Made by a program: the position numbers and the translations under genes. The notes beneath the pieces are model-generated. The model made no database searches, was not told the origin of the DNA, and saw only the letters and a program-made list of their open reading frames with translations. Source: Octopus bimaculoides (taxonomy: Eukaryota). From it: DNA of 64,000 nt. Shown one piece after another: positions 1 to 12,561 of the stretch (the stretch's first letter is position 1; every line of letters begins with the position of its first letter). The DNA lies in NCBI RefSeq assembly GCF_001194135.2, contig NC_068986.1:44326252-44390251 (forward strand). The letters run 5' to 3'.

Positions 1-3000
1 ATATATATATATATATATATACATGAATACACATACACTACATTTGAAATGAAACAACCTGATATATTATACACAATTCCATCTGCTTTGGCACAAAAAG
101 TTTCAGTGGATACCAATATACTAAATTCACTGAGCAGAATTAAGAGAAGAAATTTCATTGATAAATCAAACATTTTCTGACAAATAACTATTGTATAATT
201 TCATAATTACAAAAGATATTTTTTGCAATACTTTCTCATAATTTTATACACACACACACATACACACACAGTATTGTTAATGTATTAACATATAAAACAA
301 TACCAATCTCACAAAAGACTAGTCTAAATCAAAATGTCATACCCTGATTATCACCCAATAAAGTTATTCTGTCCAGTATCATATATATATATATTTTTTG
401 TTTTTTAAATTTTAAAAAAACCTAACGAAATATCTAATGTCTATATTTTTTACTGTCACTGTTGTTATAGTTCTAATGTTTGAAATATCAAGAGACTGAT
501 TGTTTACAATCCAAAGTTAACTCAATTCATACAACAAAGAGGAGGCTTGTATTATTGTAGTGTAACTATATTTTCATGCGAACATGGTTCTTGTGATGGA
601 TTTTGTAGCAAATTTAGATATTTACACACTGTTGAGACAATAGTTTCAACAGCTGTTTGGCTGCCCTTCTTTTCAACTGTTTACCATTCAGCCACTCATA
701 CTGAAAGTGTTTTGGACAGGTGCATGATGGGACAGTTACAAGAGTAAGATTTTCACCTAACAGTTACAAGGGGAATAGTCCAGTACCTACACATTACAGC
801 TATTGTACTTATGTTTTTGTGTTAAATATTCTTCTTTTAGATTCATGTAAATTGAATTCTTTTAGAAAGTGCTACCATATTACTGCAATGATCTACTTCT
901 GCAATAAGCCATTTTATGCAGTTATTTCTTTTGTAATGGAAGAGTACAGTTAATTTAATCAAATTCCAATATATTACTGGTAAATATATTTTATTACCCC
1001 CAAAGAGAGGAAAGATAAAGGCGACTCTGACAAGAGTTGAAGTCAAAAGAACAAAACTAAATAATGTAATAAAGTAAGTCTTGCATTCTACCTTTTTATA
1101 TTGAAGGTTTTGGTAACAAATTCTCTTTGCAATGCACTAATGCTAATGCTAATATAGATTTTTAAGATTTTGTTCAAGAATGGCATTCAATCACAAAAAT
1201 AATGTCGACAATGCCATAGAATTGAGACAAGAAAATGTAGCAAAAAGTAAAAGAGGGAAAAAAATGTGATAAGAAATTTTTTTATTCTTATATATCATTG
1301 ATTAAAACGAGTGAATAAGGGAACTCCTATGTCATCAGTTGACATGCTCACTGCAGACAACCAGACCTCCCTGAATAGGGGATCATGTATTTCAAATCCT
1401 AAATCTTAAGACAATATACCATACAATAAAGAGAAAAGCCACAGCAAGAGATACTAATATCAATGCTTTGTTTTATTGGTAGTTTCCATACCACAAGTCT
1501 CGCACAAACAAAGCAAAATAAAAGTAGTCATGATGACATTACCAAACACCAACAACGACAACCCGTCAGCATTTTTATGCCATTGTTAGAACAGAAGACT
1601 CAGTATTATAGGAGAGAAGAGAAAATGGGATAATTGTTTAACTGTATGGATAAGCAAGATCTTCGATACAAATATCAAATAGAAAAATGGAAATAAATAC
1701 ATAGATATTCTTACAGAAAAGTCAATCAGTCAAGGCAGCAGAGGAGATAAGAGAAATGTTAATGAGAAAGGAGAAAGCCTTTACTGTACAGTTTACATAA
1801 CTCTACATGCTGCAAAATCAAAAAGAGAACAAGAAACTATTTGAGAAAGAGGGGAAGAGAAATGAAGGAATGAGTGTAAAGTAGAGATAGATGATAGAAG
1901 GAAGAAGAGAGTTTGAGAGAACAAGATGGCAATATATATAAAGAAGAAGAGGCAGAGGGAGTACTGTATTCCACTCGTGTTCAAACCTAGTTGATGCAGG
2001 TTACTCTCATCACCCACTACTACTCTCTCATATCCTACATAAACCAGCTACACTGATCCATCTTTCCCCCAACTCTGGAAAACCTCATTCCCAGGTTACA
2101 TTTTCTCCACAAACACCAAATCTGTATATGTTCAAGCTGAACTTGGACTGCAATAATTTCATCAATAATCTCAAGGGAATTGTAAGGAGTTTTGGACACT
2201 TTTTTACATTAAGTAATGAGGAAAAAAAACAGACCAATTGAATGAGAAAACAAAATGAAAATGGAAAAGACGGTGAGAAAAGGAAGGGAAAAGGCAAGAG
2301 AAAGAAAAAGAGAGCATTCTTTTGCAAATCAATAGTGTTTTGACAATTTGACTGTCTCTCTCTTCTTCATTTCTCTTAATCACATCCAGACACACACACA
2401 TTTTAAACAATACTATAACACAATACAAAAAATCAGCAAACACTTCATTGACAGTAAAAATTACCAACTAATAAAGAAATATTGAAGGATGAAAACAAAC
2501 CAAAATATTTGTTCAGTGTGAACTGTAAACCCATAATTTTTTTATTCGTTTCTTTCCTCTTCTTTTCTTTTTTTTTTAATCTTTATTTTCACTTTGGTAA
2601 CTTTGACAAGTAAACAAAATCCAAGCAGATTAAATTTCTTAGAACATTTTGTTTTTCACTCAATTAGAAAATTTTTTCTTCTGTTTCGCTTTTTAGAGAT
2701 TACTAGACTATGTGTGTTATGTATGCATGTGAGTGTGTATGTTCATGTGTGATTTTTAAAAAGCTTTCGGTTGTTTTGTATATGAAAAAATTTGACTTGA
2801 ATTTGAACAAAAGAAATTCCCTGCCAACATGAAAATATTCTGAAGATAAAGAAATTTCTGACCAACAATTCTTCAAATTGAGAAAACTCTACTTTAGCAA
2901 CTATTTTTCTATTATTGTTTTTATTATTAATATTGAGATTGTTTTATTTATTGAATTTTTTTGTACAGTTTGTCAATAATTGATTAATAAAATTTAGGAA

Positions 3001-3114
3001 ACTACAAAGATCATAGAAACCATTTTCAGTGTTCTGCTTTAGTGGTGCTTAGCTTAGGCTGGCAATATTACTATTTCACATATTATATTGCCATCCATAG
3101 CAAAGTATTCTTTT

Positions 3115-3162
<48 letters not shown>

Positions 3163-3184
3163 CAAAATAATAATAATAATCATT

Positions 3185-3385
3185 ATTGTTTTAGTTTAGG
3201 TACAAGACCAACAATTTTGAGCAATTAAACTGATTCCAATATCTGATGGGTACTACATTTAATTGAACCTGAAATGATGACAACAAAATTGATTTTGGCG
3301 GGATTTGAACTCACAATGAGGAGAGCCAGAAGAAATACCTCAACACATTTTACCACTGCTCTAATGATTCTGACAGCTTGTTGCC

Positions 3386-3438
<53 letters not shown>

Positions 3439-3867
3439 TTCAAAATTTGGCACAAGGCCAGAAATTTCAGGGAGGTGGGGCAAGTCAGTTACATTGACTC
3501 AGCACTTAACTGGCACTTATTTTATTGATCCCAAAAGGATGAAAAGCTAAGTCAACTATGACTGGAAGTAAAGATGGATGAAATGCCGTTAAGCATTTTG
3601 TCCGGCATGCTAACAATTCTGCCAGCTTGCTGCAATAATAATAATAATAATAATAGTAATAATTCTTTCTATTACAAGCAGAAGACCAACAATTTCTGGA
3701 GAGGGCACGATTCAATTACATTGATTCTAGTACTCATCTTATCAACCCTGAAAGAATGAAAGGCAAAGTTGACCTCAATGGCATTTGAACTCAGAATGTA
3801 AAGAGCCAGAAGAAATGTCACTAAGCATTTGTCTGATGCAGAAACAATTTGGCCAATTCACTACTTT

Positions 3868-3870
<3 letters not shown>
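3185..3870 (-). mobile_element. Three head-to-tail copies of SINE family A with (AAT)n linkers
   Basis: Repeats the motif set gaatttgaactcagaa / aaggcaaagttgac / gtcagttacattgac, the reverse complement of the 12562-13250 array. Confidence 0.75.
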
Positions 3871-3903
<33 letters not shown>

Positions 3904-4461
3904 TGTAATAATAATGGTAATAATAATCATAATAATAGACTATTAGTTTTTACCTGCACAAATATCATTTTGAAATTTGTCAAAGACTAATTTTCAGTAT
4001 TATTTTTCTTAAGAAAAAAAAAACAAAAACAGAATGAATGGAAGAGCAAAAAGAAAAGAAAAAGGAAAGTCAAAGTAAAGGAAGAAGCATACCTCAGAAA
4101 TCTAGTTTTTCCTCAGTAAATTTATCATGTAGCTCTGGAGCACTTAAGTTTAAGAAAGAGCAACAGCTTTCATCAGATTAAGCTGGAGCCAACCTATGCT
4201 AAATTAAATATTTGGTGTTGATTTCAAGCAATTTAAAAAAAAATGTAATCACAAGATTCACAAAAGAAATGAAATGGGATAATGTGTCATTCATGACTTT
4301 CTCAATGGTATTAACGTAACTGAAGTGAAATATCTATAGCTGGGATAATAGAAACTATGTTTGTAGACTCAAGTTTATGAGAGCTTATATTTATAGTGTC
4401 CGCAACCTTCTGGTATGATTGCTAATAATAATAATAGGAATTATACATATACATACATACG

Positions 4462-4504
<43 letters not shown>

Positions 4505-5570
4505 ATGTGTGTATATATATATATATATAGCATGCACATGCACACTTCTATACTTATGTAAAGAGAAACAAAGAATGACCTGATGCATTTACAAAAGAAT
4601 GAAAAAGGAGAAAAGATGAAAAGATGTTGAGAAGTGATGAAAAGGAGACTTTTCTCTTTCTTAGCAAGATGTAACTAAAATGCTCAGAAGATAAACACTT
4701 TTATGATAATTTTTCATAAGTTGTGTGAAACAATTTTATAATATTCTATTTGATTTTATTCACAATTAACTCTAATGAACTTAGATTAAAACTAACCTTC
4801 AAAGTCAAAAGAATTTTAAAATATTAATATTACAGTATTTTCTACGAAGATTTTAATTCGACTATGATGAGAAAAAAACCATGATATTGATGAGTATAAT
4901 ATTGCAATTATTACTATTTAAAAATTCATTTAATTTCCCATGTGTATAGTTGAAATATTCCAACAAGTGGGCATTTTCCCTATAGCTTCCAATTGCCATT
5001 TTTTTTTTTTTGACCAAAACAGAATACAGAATGTATTCTTTATAAGAAAGAAAATGAGAAATATATCAAGATTGTATTTTTCCTAAATTTCAATAACAAT
5101 ATTGTTTTCTGCAGTTTTTGTTTTTAAGATAAAAATCTCAATAAACAAACAATTTTTCAAGTTTCTCTCTTAAAAAAAAAAGTTTTAAACAAAATAATAA
5201 AAGACTTATACATTTCATCCTATATCTGACAGTCATCATATAAATATTTTAAATAAGTTGATTTAGCTTGGCCCATGTTAGAAAGGAATTAGAAGTCCAC
5301 AGATTTGAAAATGATTAATGGAATTGGAATAAGAATAAGTTCTAAACACAATGTCACAAGCAACTGAATCAGATGACTTTTTAAACATGTTAAGAAATGA
5401 CATAATGAATAAATTGGCCAAAGAGTTTTATTTTTGGCATCTTCACCAACAGCCCAAGTAATGTTTGATTCTCACAGCCCTAAATGGAAATCTAGTTTTC
5501 ATACATACTTGGACAGATGTTGCTTGCAGGTTGCAAGTAATTCCAGGTGCAATAGTTACCAACTACTGTT

Positions 5571-5756
5571 TCATATTGTATATTTGGCCTCTGTGCCATC
5601 AACCGTGAGCAGAACCACAGTTCGGTTGTCCAGCCACACCAGTCGAACCAGTTTTAATAAGTTAGTGAGTGGAGTTACATGACAAGGTGGAGTAGACAGT
5701 TGTTTTACGCACTTAGTCTGCTGGGGGCCGATGCCAAAGATGTTGGATGAAGCTGT
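5571..5756 (-). CDS. WDR7: WDR7 last coding exon (TASSNIFGIG...LVRLVWLDNRTVVLLTVDGTEAKYTI*)
   Basis: Acceptor ttattttacag; 186 nt ending in TGA. Resembles LARLIWTSNRNVILMAHDG. Confidence 0.92.
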   Translation of the reverse strand, partial: TASSNIFGIGPQQTKCVKQLSTPPCHVTPLTNLLKLVRLVWLDNRTVVLLTVDGTEAKYTI

Positions 5757-6315
5757 CTGTAAAATAAAGAAAATTTCACAAAAATACATTTTACAGAACA
5801 ATACAACAATTATCTTAAACCGTTAAAATTGCAATAAGTTAAACTCTAAGGCAAGTTACACTATTTTCATCAATTTAGTTACAAAGCCTTAGCTTGCTTC
5901 CCAACCACATGGTTCTGGGTTCAATCCCACTGTGTGGCACCTCAGACAAGTGTCTTCTACTATAGTTTTGAGGTGATCAAAGCCTTATAACAGTTCAAAA
6001 AGAAGAAAAAGAAAGTGTTGAAAATTTGTACTTTTTCCTGATTGCCCTAGCGAAATTTAAGGAAAATAATTTGTATTGCTTTATGCTGGTTAGTGTTAAA
6101 CAAATAAATTCAAATAACACAGGCTATATTTTATATAGCTGTGGGGTCCAACCTGAAAAAAAAGACAACTGAAATCTTAATCTATCATTTCACACCCAGA
6201 ACTTACATTTTAATATCATATCAGATATACTGGACTATACTTCTTAGTTTGGCCTTAATCTAGCCCTACATTACTTACTACTTACTTAAACCCTTCACTC
6301 CCTATGAACATAGAC

Positions 6316-8964
6316 CAGACAAATTCCCAGCCCGCGGGCTACTTCTGGCCCATGCAACAATTTCATTCGGCCCACGGGGTCATTTTGATATCAGCATGAA
6401 ATTTGTCCAAATGGTGGCATCAGCAAATAGAGCTCTTTGCTGCCCTCAGCAACACCCATGCCTTCTTGTTACGACTACACATGCATAGTGTGTGGCTAAA
6501 GCAGGCCATTACATTATATAGAGCACTGACCGCACTACCTTTCTTACTAGGTGTGTCACCAAAAGTAGCAATAATTTAATACACACTAGAAACAACACCA
6601 CTGTAACTATTACACCCTGTCTGTACAAAAAAACACATTAAAGAGGCATGATAACACTGTCACAAGTCTTAATTGTAACTGCAACAAAGCATGCTGGGAA
6701 ACACCTCCTTTGATTCTCTAATCACATGTTGTGAAGTGCTGATGACACAAAATCTAATCCTATAATGAACCACATCAGCCGCCTTACTGCTCTTTTGGGT
6801 GATCATTTTCACGTGACGTCATTCAGTAGTAGTAGCTATCTATATCAATGGCCAAGAGAAAAGTCGATGCAGAAAATGGAGATTTTCAAATCCGGTGGGA
6901 AACCAAGTACATGTTTATTGACACAGATGGCAAACCCATGTGTCTTAATTGTGGTGCTAATGTTGCTGTACTTAAAGACTATAATATCAAACGCCACTAC
7001 AAGATAAAACATCAGGAGAAGTATAAATACGTCACTGCTGAGCAGAAGTAATGAAAGGTAGACGAGTTGAAGAGGAATCTCACATTACAACAGACTTCTT
7101 TAACCAAAACAAAATCAAAAAGTGAAGCTGCTGTTAAGACAGTTTTATTGTGGCAGATGAGATCGCAAAATCAGCCAGGCCATTTATCAAAGGAGAGTTT
7201 GTGAAGAGCTGCATAATGAAAATGTGTGATGTTTTGTGTCCAGACAAGAAGCAACTGTTTGCTGATGTAAGTATTAGCATAAATACGGTTGTTGATTGGG
7301 TGTGTGAGATGGTCAGGTTTGAAAACACAGTTGATTGAAAAGGGAAAAGATTTTGTTGCATACTCTCTTGCTGTGTATGAGACTACTGACACAACTGATA
7401 CGGCACATCTGACTATCTTCTTCTGTGGAGTAGATTCCAATTTGTTCGTCATGGAGGAAATTTTGAACATTAAATCAATGCAGGGGACAACAACAAGAAA
7501 GGACCTTTTTTGGAAAAATATGTCAGAGTGTATCCAACATAAAACTGCCTTGGGACAAACTTGTTGGACTTACAACAGATGAGCACAGGTGATGTGCGGT
7601 GAAAAAAGTGGACTTGTGGGTAGGATACATTTAAAGATGCAAGAAGAGAACTGCACTGGTGAGTTGACAACATATCACTGCATCATACACCAGGAAACGC
7701 TGTGCACTAAAGCCTTAAAAATGGAACATGTAATGAGCATTGTAACGCAAACTATAAACTTTATCTGAGCCACAGGGCTAAATCACCCCCAATTTCAGTC
7801 TTTCTTGCAGGAAATACATTCGGGGTGTGGTGACATGCTTTATCATACGGAGGTGTGGTGGTTCAGTCAGGGAAAGGTCCTCAATATAGTTTTTGAGTTG
7901 GTTGAGGAGATACGTCAGTTCATGGAAAGTAAAGGAAAAGAATCCAAAATTCTGCAGGATGAAAAGTGGAAATGACGTTTCTGGTTGACATAACTGCGCA
8001 TCTCAAGGTTTTAAACATCCAGTTCCAGGGATGGGATTGCATGATCTGTGATATGTATGATGCAGTGAAGGCATTTCAAGTGAAGCTGCACTTATAGGAG
8101 ACACAAATGCACCAATTGAACTTGTCTCATTTTTCTTGTTGCCAAGTAATATTGAACCAAGTTAATACCATGGTGTTCCCAAAGCAACACCTTACTGATA
8201 ATTGAGTGCACTCCACCCTGAATTTGCACAGTGCTTTCGTGACTTTGAAACACAGAAAATTAATTTCGAGTGCTTCGCAACCTATTTGAGTCAACTGCAC
8301 CTGGACAGATTCAAATGGAGCTGATAGAACTTCAATGTAATGGGACATTAAAAGCAAAGTACAACTCTGTGGGGCCCACACAGTTCGATCGCTTCACACA
8401 TGAAGCAATGTCCCAGTCCCATTTACACGCAGCTCAAATACTGTCTTTGTTTGTAAGCATATATCTGTGCGAGCAGCTGTTCTCTGTCATGAACATGAAT
8501 AAAACGTCACATAGTAGTCGTTTTACAGATGAACATCTGCAATCCATCCTGAGAGTCATCTCAACAACAAAAAACCTTGCCCTAAACATTAATGAACTTG
8601 TTGCCAAGAAAAGATGCCTAGTATGTAGCTTGGACAAAATAGCATAAAGAAAATTGAAAGTTTTGATTTATTATTTTAATTTTCACTAAAAAGCACATTT
8701 TTTATTTATATTTTCTTTTTCATTTTTGCAACTTGTTCTTATTTTAAATTTCTATAATTTTGACAGATATTTTTATGCAGAACATAATATTTTAAGTAAT
8801 TTAAGTTAATTTATTTTTGGAATAAAATTATATACCATCTGTTTCAATACATGTTCATGTTCAAAAAGTGTTAGTCTGTTCAATAAACGTTTATTCTGTT
8901 TGGCCTGCAACCTAAAGTGTGCTTTGAGTTTTGGTCCCCTGTGCAACTGAGTTTGACATACCTG
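6316..8964 (+). mobile_element. Near full-length hAT (Charlie/SPIN/GTF2IRD2-like) DNA transposon with decayed transposase
   Basis: ORF pieces MAKRKVDAEN..FQ.RWETKY.F...GKPMCL.C...YN.KRHY..KH (6848), SARPFIKGEFVKSC, HCIIHQE and YLCEQLFSVM (to 8647), broken by stops and frameshifts. Right TIR gagtttgacatacctg; 8-bp direct repeat ACATAGAC at 6308-6315 and 8965-8972. Confidence 0.92.
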
Positions 8965-9387
8965 ACATAGACCATCAATGACTTTCCTCCACTTTCCTCA
9001 ATTCCAGGCTCTATTTTCTGCTTCTCTCCGGTTGGATCTCTACTTTTTCAGCTCTAACTGATAGGTTCCCAACTAATAAGAGAGACTCTCTTAGGTCTTG
9101 ATCATTTTGACTTATCATCAACACTTCTGTAACTTTGCTTTCTTTTTTCTAGGTATGGGTGTTTATCCTAGACAAATCCATTTCTATTTCTGAGAAGAGG
9201 TGATCAATATTAGTTTGGCCTCTATCCTTTGACCAGTCCAGCATAGGGGTGGGGTGGGGTTACCAACCAGGAGCTTGTGCTCTGCTGGCATAACTCTCAA
9301 GGTCATTAAGACATACGAGCCTCCACATTGCAACAAGGACTGGCCCTAGTTAGAATACATTAAAACCCAATAACTACCTACTATGAG

Positions 9388-9392
<5 letters not shown>

Positions 9393-9432
<40 letters not shown>

Positions 9433-9625
9433 TTAATATCTGTTTTCCATGCTGGTATGGATTGGACAGTTTGATAGGAGCTGGCCAGACTCCAATTGCC
9501 TGTTGTGGCATGGTTTCTATGGCTGGATGCCCTTCCTAATGCCAACCACTTTACAGAGTGTGCTGGGGGCTTTTTATGTGCCACTGACACGAGTGCATTT
9601 TATGTGGCAATGGCACCTGTAGGTA
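9393..9625 (-). mobile_element. Family D: 3' tail of an RTE-like LINE/SINE with (ATG)n tail
   Basis: (CAT)n then tttaa.gtc.gttttccatgctgg...ggatgcccttcctaatgccaaccac. The motif recurs at about 20050, 23230, 25095, 44170, 45068, 54480, 57060 and 61430. Confidence 0.7.
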
Positions 9626-9764
9626 TGGGTTAAATGTCAAATAAGATGATTACTAATACATTTTCCTTTTCAATGCTATGGGTGTGTTAATCAAATCGCA
9701 ACATTGAATTCAATTTCAATTGGTCAAGTTTATGTGAAGATTAAAAACCATAATAGGTGCAGGC

Positions 9765-9890
9765 ATAGCTGTGTGGCAAGAAGCTTGCTTTCCAACCATA
9801 TGATTCAGGGTTCAGTCCCACTGCATAGCATCTTTGGCTGACCAAAACCTTGTGAGTGGATTTAGTAGACAGAAACTGAAAGAAGCCCAT

Positions 9891-9928
<38 letters not shown>

Positions 9929-10110
9929 GGCCTGCCCCACCCCACCACTGCTTGATAACCAGTGCTGATATGTTTACGTCCCTGTATAGTAGTTCAGCAA
10001 AAAAGATTGATAGAATAAGTACTAAGCTTTAGAAAAAAAAAGTACTGGGGCCAGTACATTCAACTAAAAATTCTTCAAGGTTGTGTCCCAGCATGACTGC
10101 AGTCTAATGA
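9765..10110 (+). mobile_element. SINE family B (tRNA-like head, internal (GT)n)
   Basis: ggcatagctgtgtggcaagaagcttgc...ggttcagtcccactg...gaaactgaaagaagccc...(GT)n...ccagcatgactgcagtc. Homologous to 14312 and 42242. Confidence 0.75.
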
Positions 10111-10150
10111 CTAAAACAAGTAAAAGGTAAAGAAATATATAAAAACTTAC

Positions 10151-10255
10151 CTGCCAAAATTTTAATTTACTATCAGCATGTGAGTATGAAGCTAAATGTT
10201 TGCCATCTGGAGAAACCATAACAGCTATAACAGGACCAGTATGAGCACTGATAGT
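10151..10255 (-). CDS. WDR7: WDR7 coding exon, C-terminal WD40 (TISAHTGPVIAV...SPDGKHLASYS...FWQ)
   Basis: Acceptor tttctgttag, donor gtaagt; 105 nt, phase 0 to 0. Confidence 0.94.
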
Positions 10256-10484
10256 CTAACAGAAACAAAAGTGTTATGGGTTAATATGTGCAATAAAAAA
10301 CTCAAAGTAAGGTATATTTGTACGACAGAAAAATACATTTACTTCTAGCAACAAGAACAATATACATCTAAATATATTTTTTTATTGCAGGAATTATTTA
10401 TTGAGAATATGATAAATGGAAAGCTGTGTTTGATTTGCTTGAAAGTATGCTAAGAAAAAATATATCAAAGATTAATTTTATATA

Positions 10485-10803
10485 TTGTTATATTTCAGGA
10501 TGGTAATTTTTTTTTTTTTTGCCAAATAAACACATGCATTAAATATTTGTCCTTCACTTCAGCTTTATCACTGCTTGTCCTTTGTCTTAATTTTTTCTAT
10601 CTAGAAAGACAGAATGGACTAAACAGACCAGGACGAGACACATGGGATGGAGAGTCGCTGAAGAAGTCACAGGAGGTGTGATGAAAGATTTAAGACAAAG
10701 GACGAACGATAATAAAGCTGAAGTGAAGAACAAATATACAGGGCATGTGTTTATTTAGTCAAAAAAAAATAAAGAAAAAGATGGCTATCCCAAAATATAA
10801 CAA
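10485..10803 (+). mobile_element. Inverted-repeat (foldback) element, copy 1, with hammerhead-like core
   Basis: Left arm ...atatttgtccttcacttcagctttat...gtcctttgtcttaa is complementary to the right arm ttaagacaaaggac...ataaagctgaagtgaagaacaaatat. The core gaatggactaaacag...ctgaagaagtcac...gtgatgaaag is shared with the copies at about 35100 and 61030. Confidence 0.75.
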
Positions 10804-11112
10804 TATGTTTCAACACATGATTTCACATCAGGAATCTTGCAAACAAATAGATAAATGTGATTTAACATGTGTGTGTATATATATATACTGTGTAAATTAT
10901 GGGGGTAAAAAAAATAGAATAATTTATTACCAGTGGTTCATGTGCATAATAAAACTTGAGTATAGGATTAACTAATAATCTTTTTGCTTCTGTTCTTTCT
11001 AGCGTCATCGGTATGCCTTTAGAATTATTTTTCCAAGGTTTGGGTTAACTGCACTTTTTAGCACGTAAGAGGTCCTGTCGAAAGTTTTTTCTCTGTGTAT
11101 AAATCTTTATAT

Positions 11113-11212
11113 NNNNNNNNNNNNNNNNNNNNNNNNNNNNNNNNNNNNNNNNNNNNNNNNNNNNNNNNNNNNNNNNNNNNNNNNNNNNNNNNNNNNNNNN
11201 NNNNNNNNNNNN
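11113..11212. other. Assembly gap (100 N)
   Basis: Run of N. Confidence 0.99.
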
Positions 11213-11778
11213 ACGTGTCTGTGGAGTGCTCAGCCACTTGCACATTAATTTCACGAGCAGACCGTTCCGTTGATCGGATCAACTGGAATCCTTGACGCCA
11301 TAAGCAACGGAGTGCCAACAACAACAACAGTTGTACCCTTTTAGAGACAGAAAATATTTCAACCTTTAAAAAGTTATTGATCTTACATACAGCACAAAAG
11401 CACTTTGCAATGAATACTGCATACACATGCACACACTCAGGATGGTTCTGCCAAGTGTATGTATTTAGTACTGGTCTGAAAAGACAGTTCATCCAGTTAA
11501 CAAGACTTTATAAGATAATGGAGTGTAACAATTGCATGTAGTTGTCTGGACACTGACAGTTTGGAATGGATGACTAGACAGGAAATCAGCCTGTTTTGGG
11601 AACAATACTTTTGAAACTGCAAGCAAACACACATGTACACACACATGCACATACAAATCCATACACATATACAGAGAGAGAGAGAGAGAGAGACATTACA
11701 ATTTATTCGTTAAATATGACTGACATAAACATTTTCCTTCTCCTGATACACATTAGAGAAATATGCTTACTCACATGA

Positions 11779-11828
11779 AGAGAGAGAGAGAGAGAGGGGG
11801 GGGAGAGAGAGGGAGAGAGAGAGAGAGG

Positions 11829-11859
<31 letters not shown>

Positions 11860-11860
11860 G

Positions 11861-11905
<45 letters not shown>
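11779..11905 (+). repeat. (GA)n polypurine microsatellite
   Basis: About 125 nt of nearly pure GA/GG repeats. Confidence 0.95.
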
Positions 11906-11906
<1 letters not shown>

Positions 11907-12334
11907 CATTACTGTCAATCAAGTCAGTGCCAAATCAGCAATACCAAATAGGCAGCTCCAAAATGACTGTGCCAAAATGTCTTCAATTGTTTTTCACAAT
12001 GGAACTATGTCTCAACTAATGTCTTCACTCATTTTAATTATAACTTCAAGCTAAAACTATTTATTGCACCTGTCTCATTGCCATTCTCTCTCTCTCTCTC
12101 TCTTTCTCACACCCTATACTAAGCACTTTAACTAATCGTGTGTTGCAGTCTTCTGGAATTTTCTTTCTACCATTGTTCTTTTTTAACCTATCATTCGTTG
12201 ACTGCATTAATTTTGACCAATTACTTTCTTCCTAAGTGTTAACAAAAAAAAAAAAAAAAAAAAAAAACTGATATTATACTAATACATAAGATTGCCATCC
12301 AATAATTAGATATTAAAATCATGTTCATACTTAC

Positions 12335-12437
12335 AGTACACTTTGAATGTGGTTTTAATTCATAGAAAGCCAAAGTTCCATTTTTGGCACCAACCCAAAT
12401 TCTCTTGTTATGACTACAATATGTAACCATACCAAAT
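12335..12437 (-). CDS. WDR7: WDR7 coding exon (FGMVTYCSHNKRIWVGAKNGTLAFYELKPHSKCT)
   Basis: Acceptor ctgttgcag, donor gtaagt; 103 nt, phase 2 to 0. Confidence 0.92.
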
Positions 12438-12508
12438 CTGCAACAGTGCAACAGTCCAAAAATTAAACTTGTAATTCCTCTTGTTAATCTTTGTTATTAT
12501 TATTGTTG

Positions 12509-12539
<31 letters not shown>

Positions 12540-12561
12540 CATTATTATTATTATTATTATT

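Noticed and set aside
484-953. Short ORFs near the window start (IVYNPKLTQFIQQRGGLYY..., VHDGTVTRVRFSPN, minus-strand CTCPKHF)
   Set aside because: No recognisable family, no consistent splice frame, and the lengths are expected by chance.
1600-2330. Purine-rich tract giving F/L/S-rich hydrophobic ORFs on the minus strand
   Set aside because: Low-complexity composition explains the ORFs.
3225-3759. Poly-Leu, poly-Asn and poly-Tyr ORFs (also 41299-41493)
   Set aside because: Translations of (AAT)n microsatellites inside SINE arrays.
11003-11010. Plus-strand ttctttctag|cgtcatcg|gtatgc 8-nt exon-like pattern
   Set aside because: Antisense to WDR7, not a multiple of 3, and no partner exons found.
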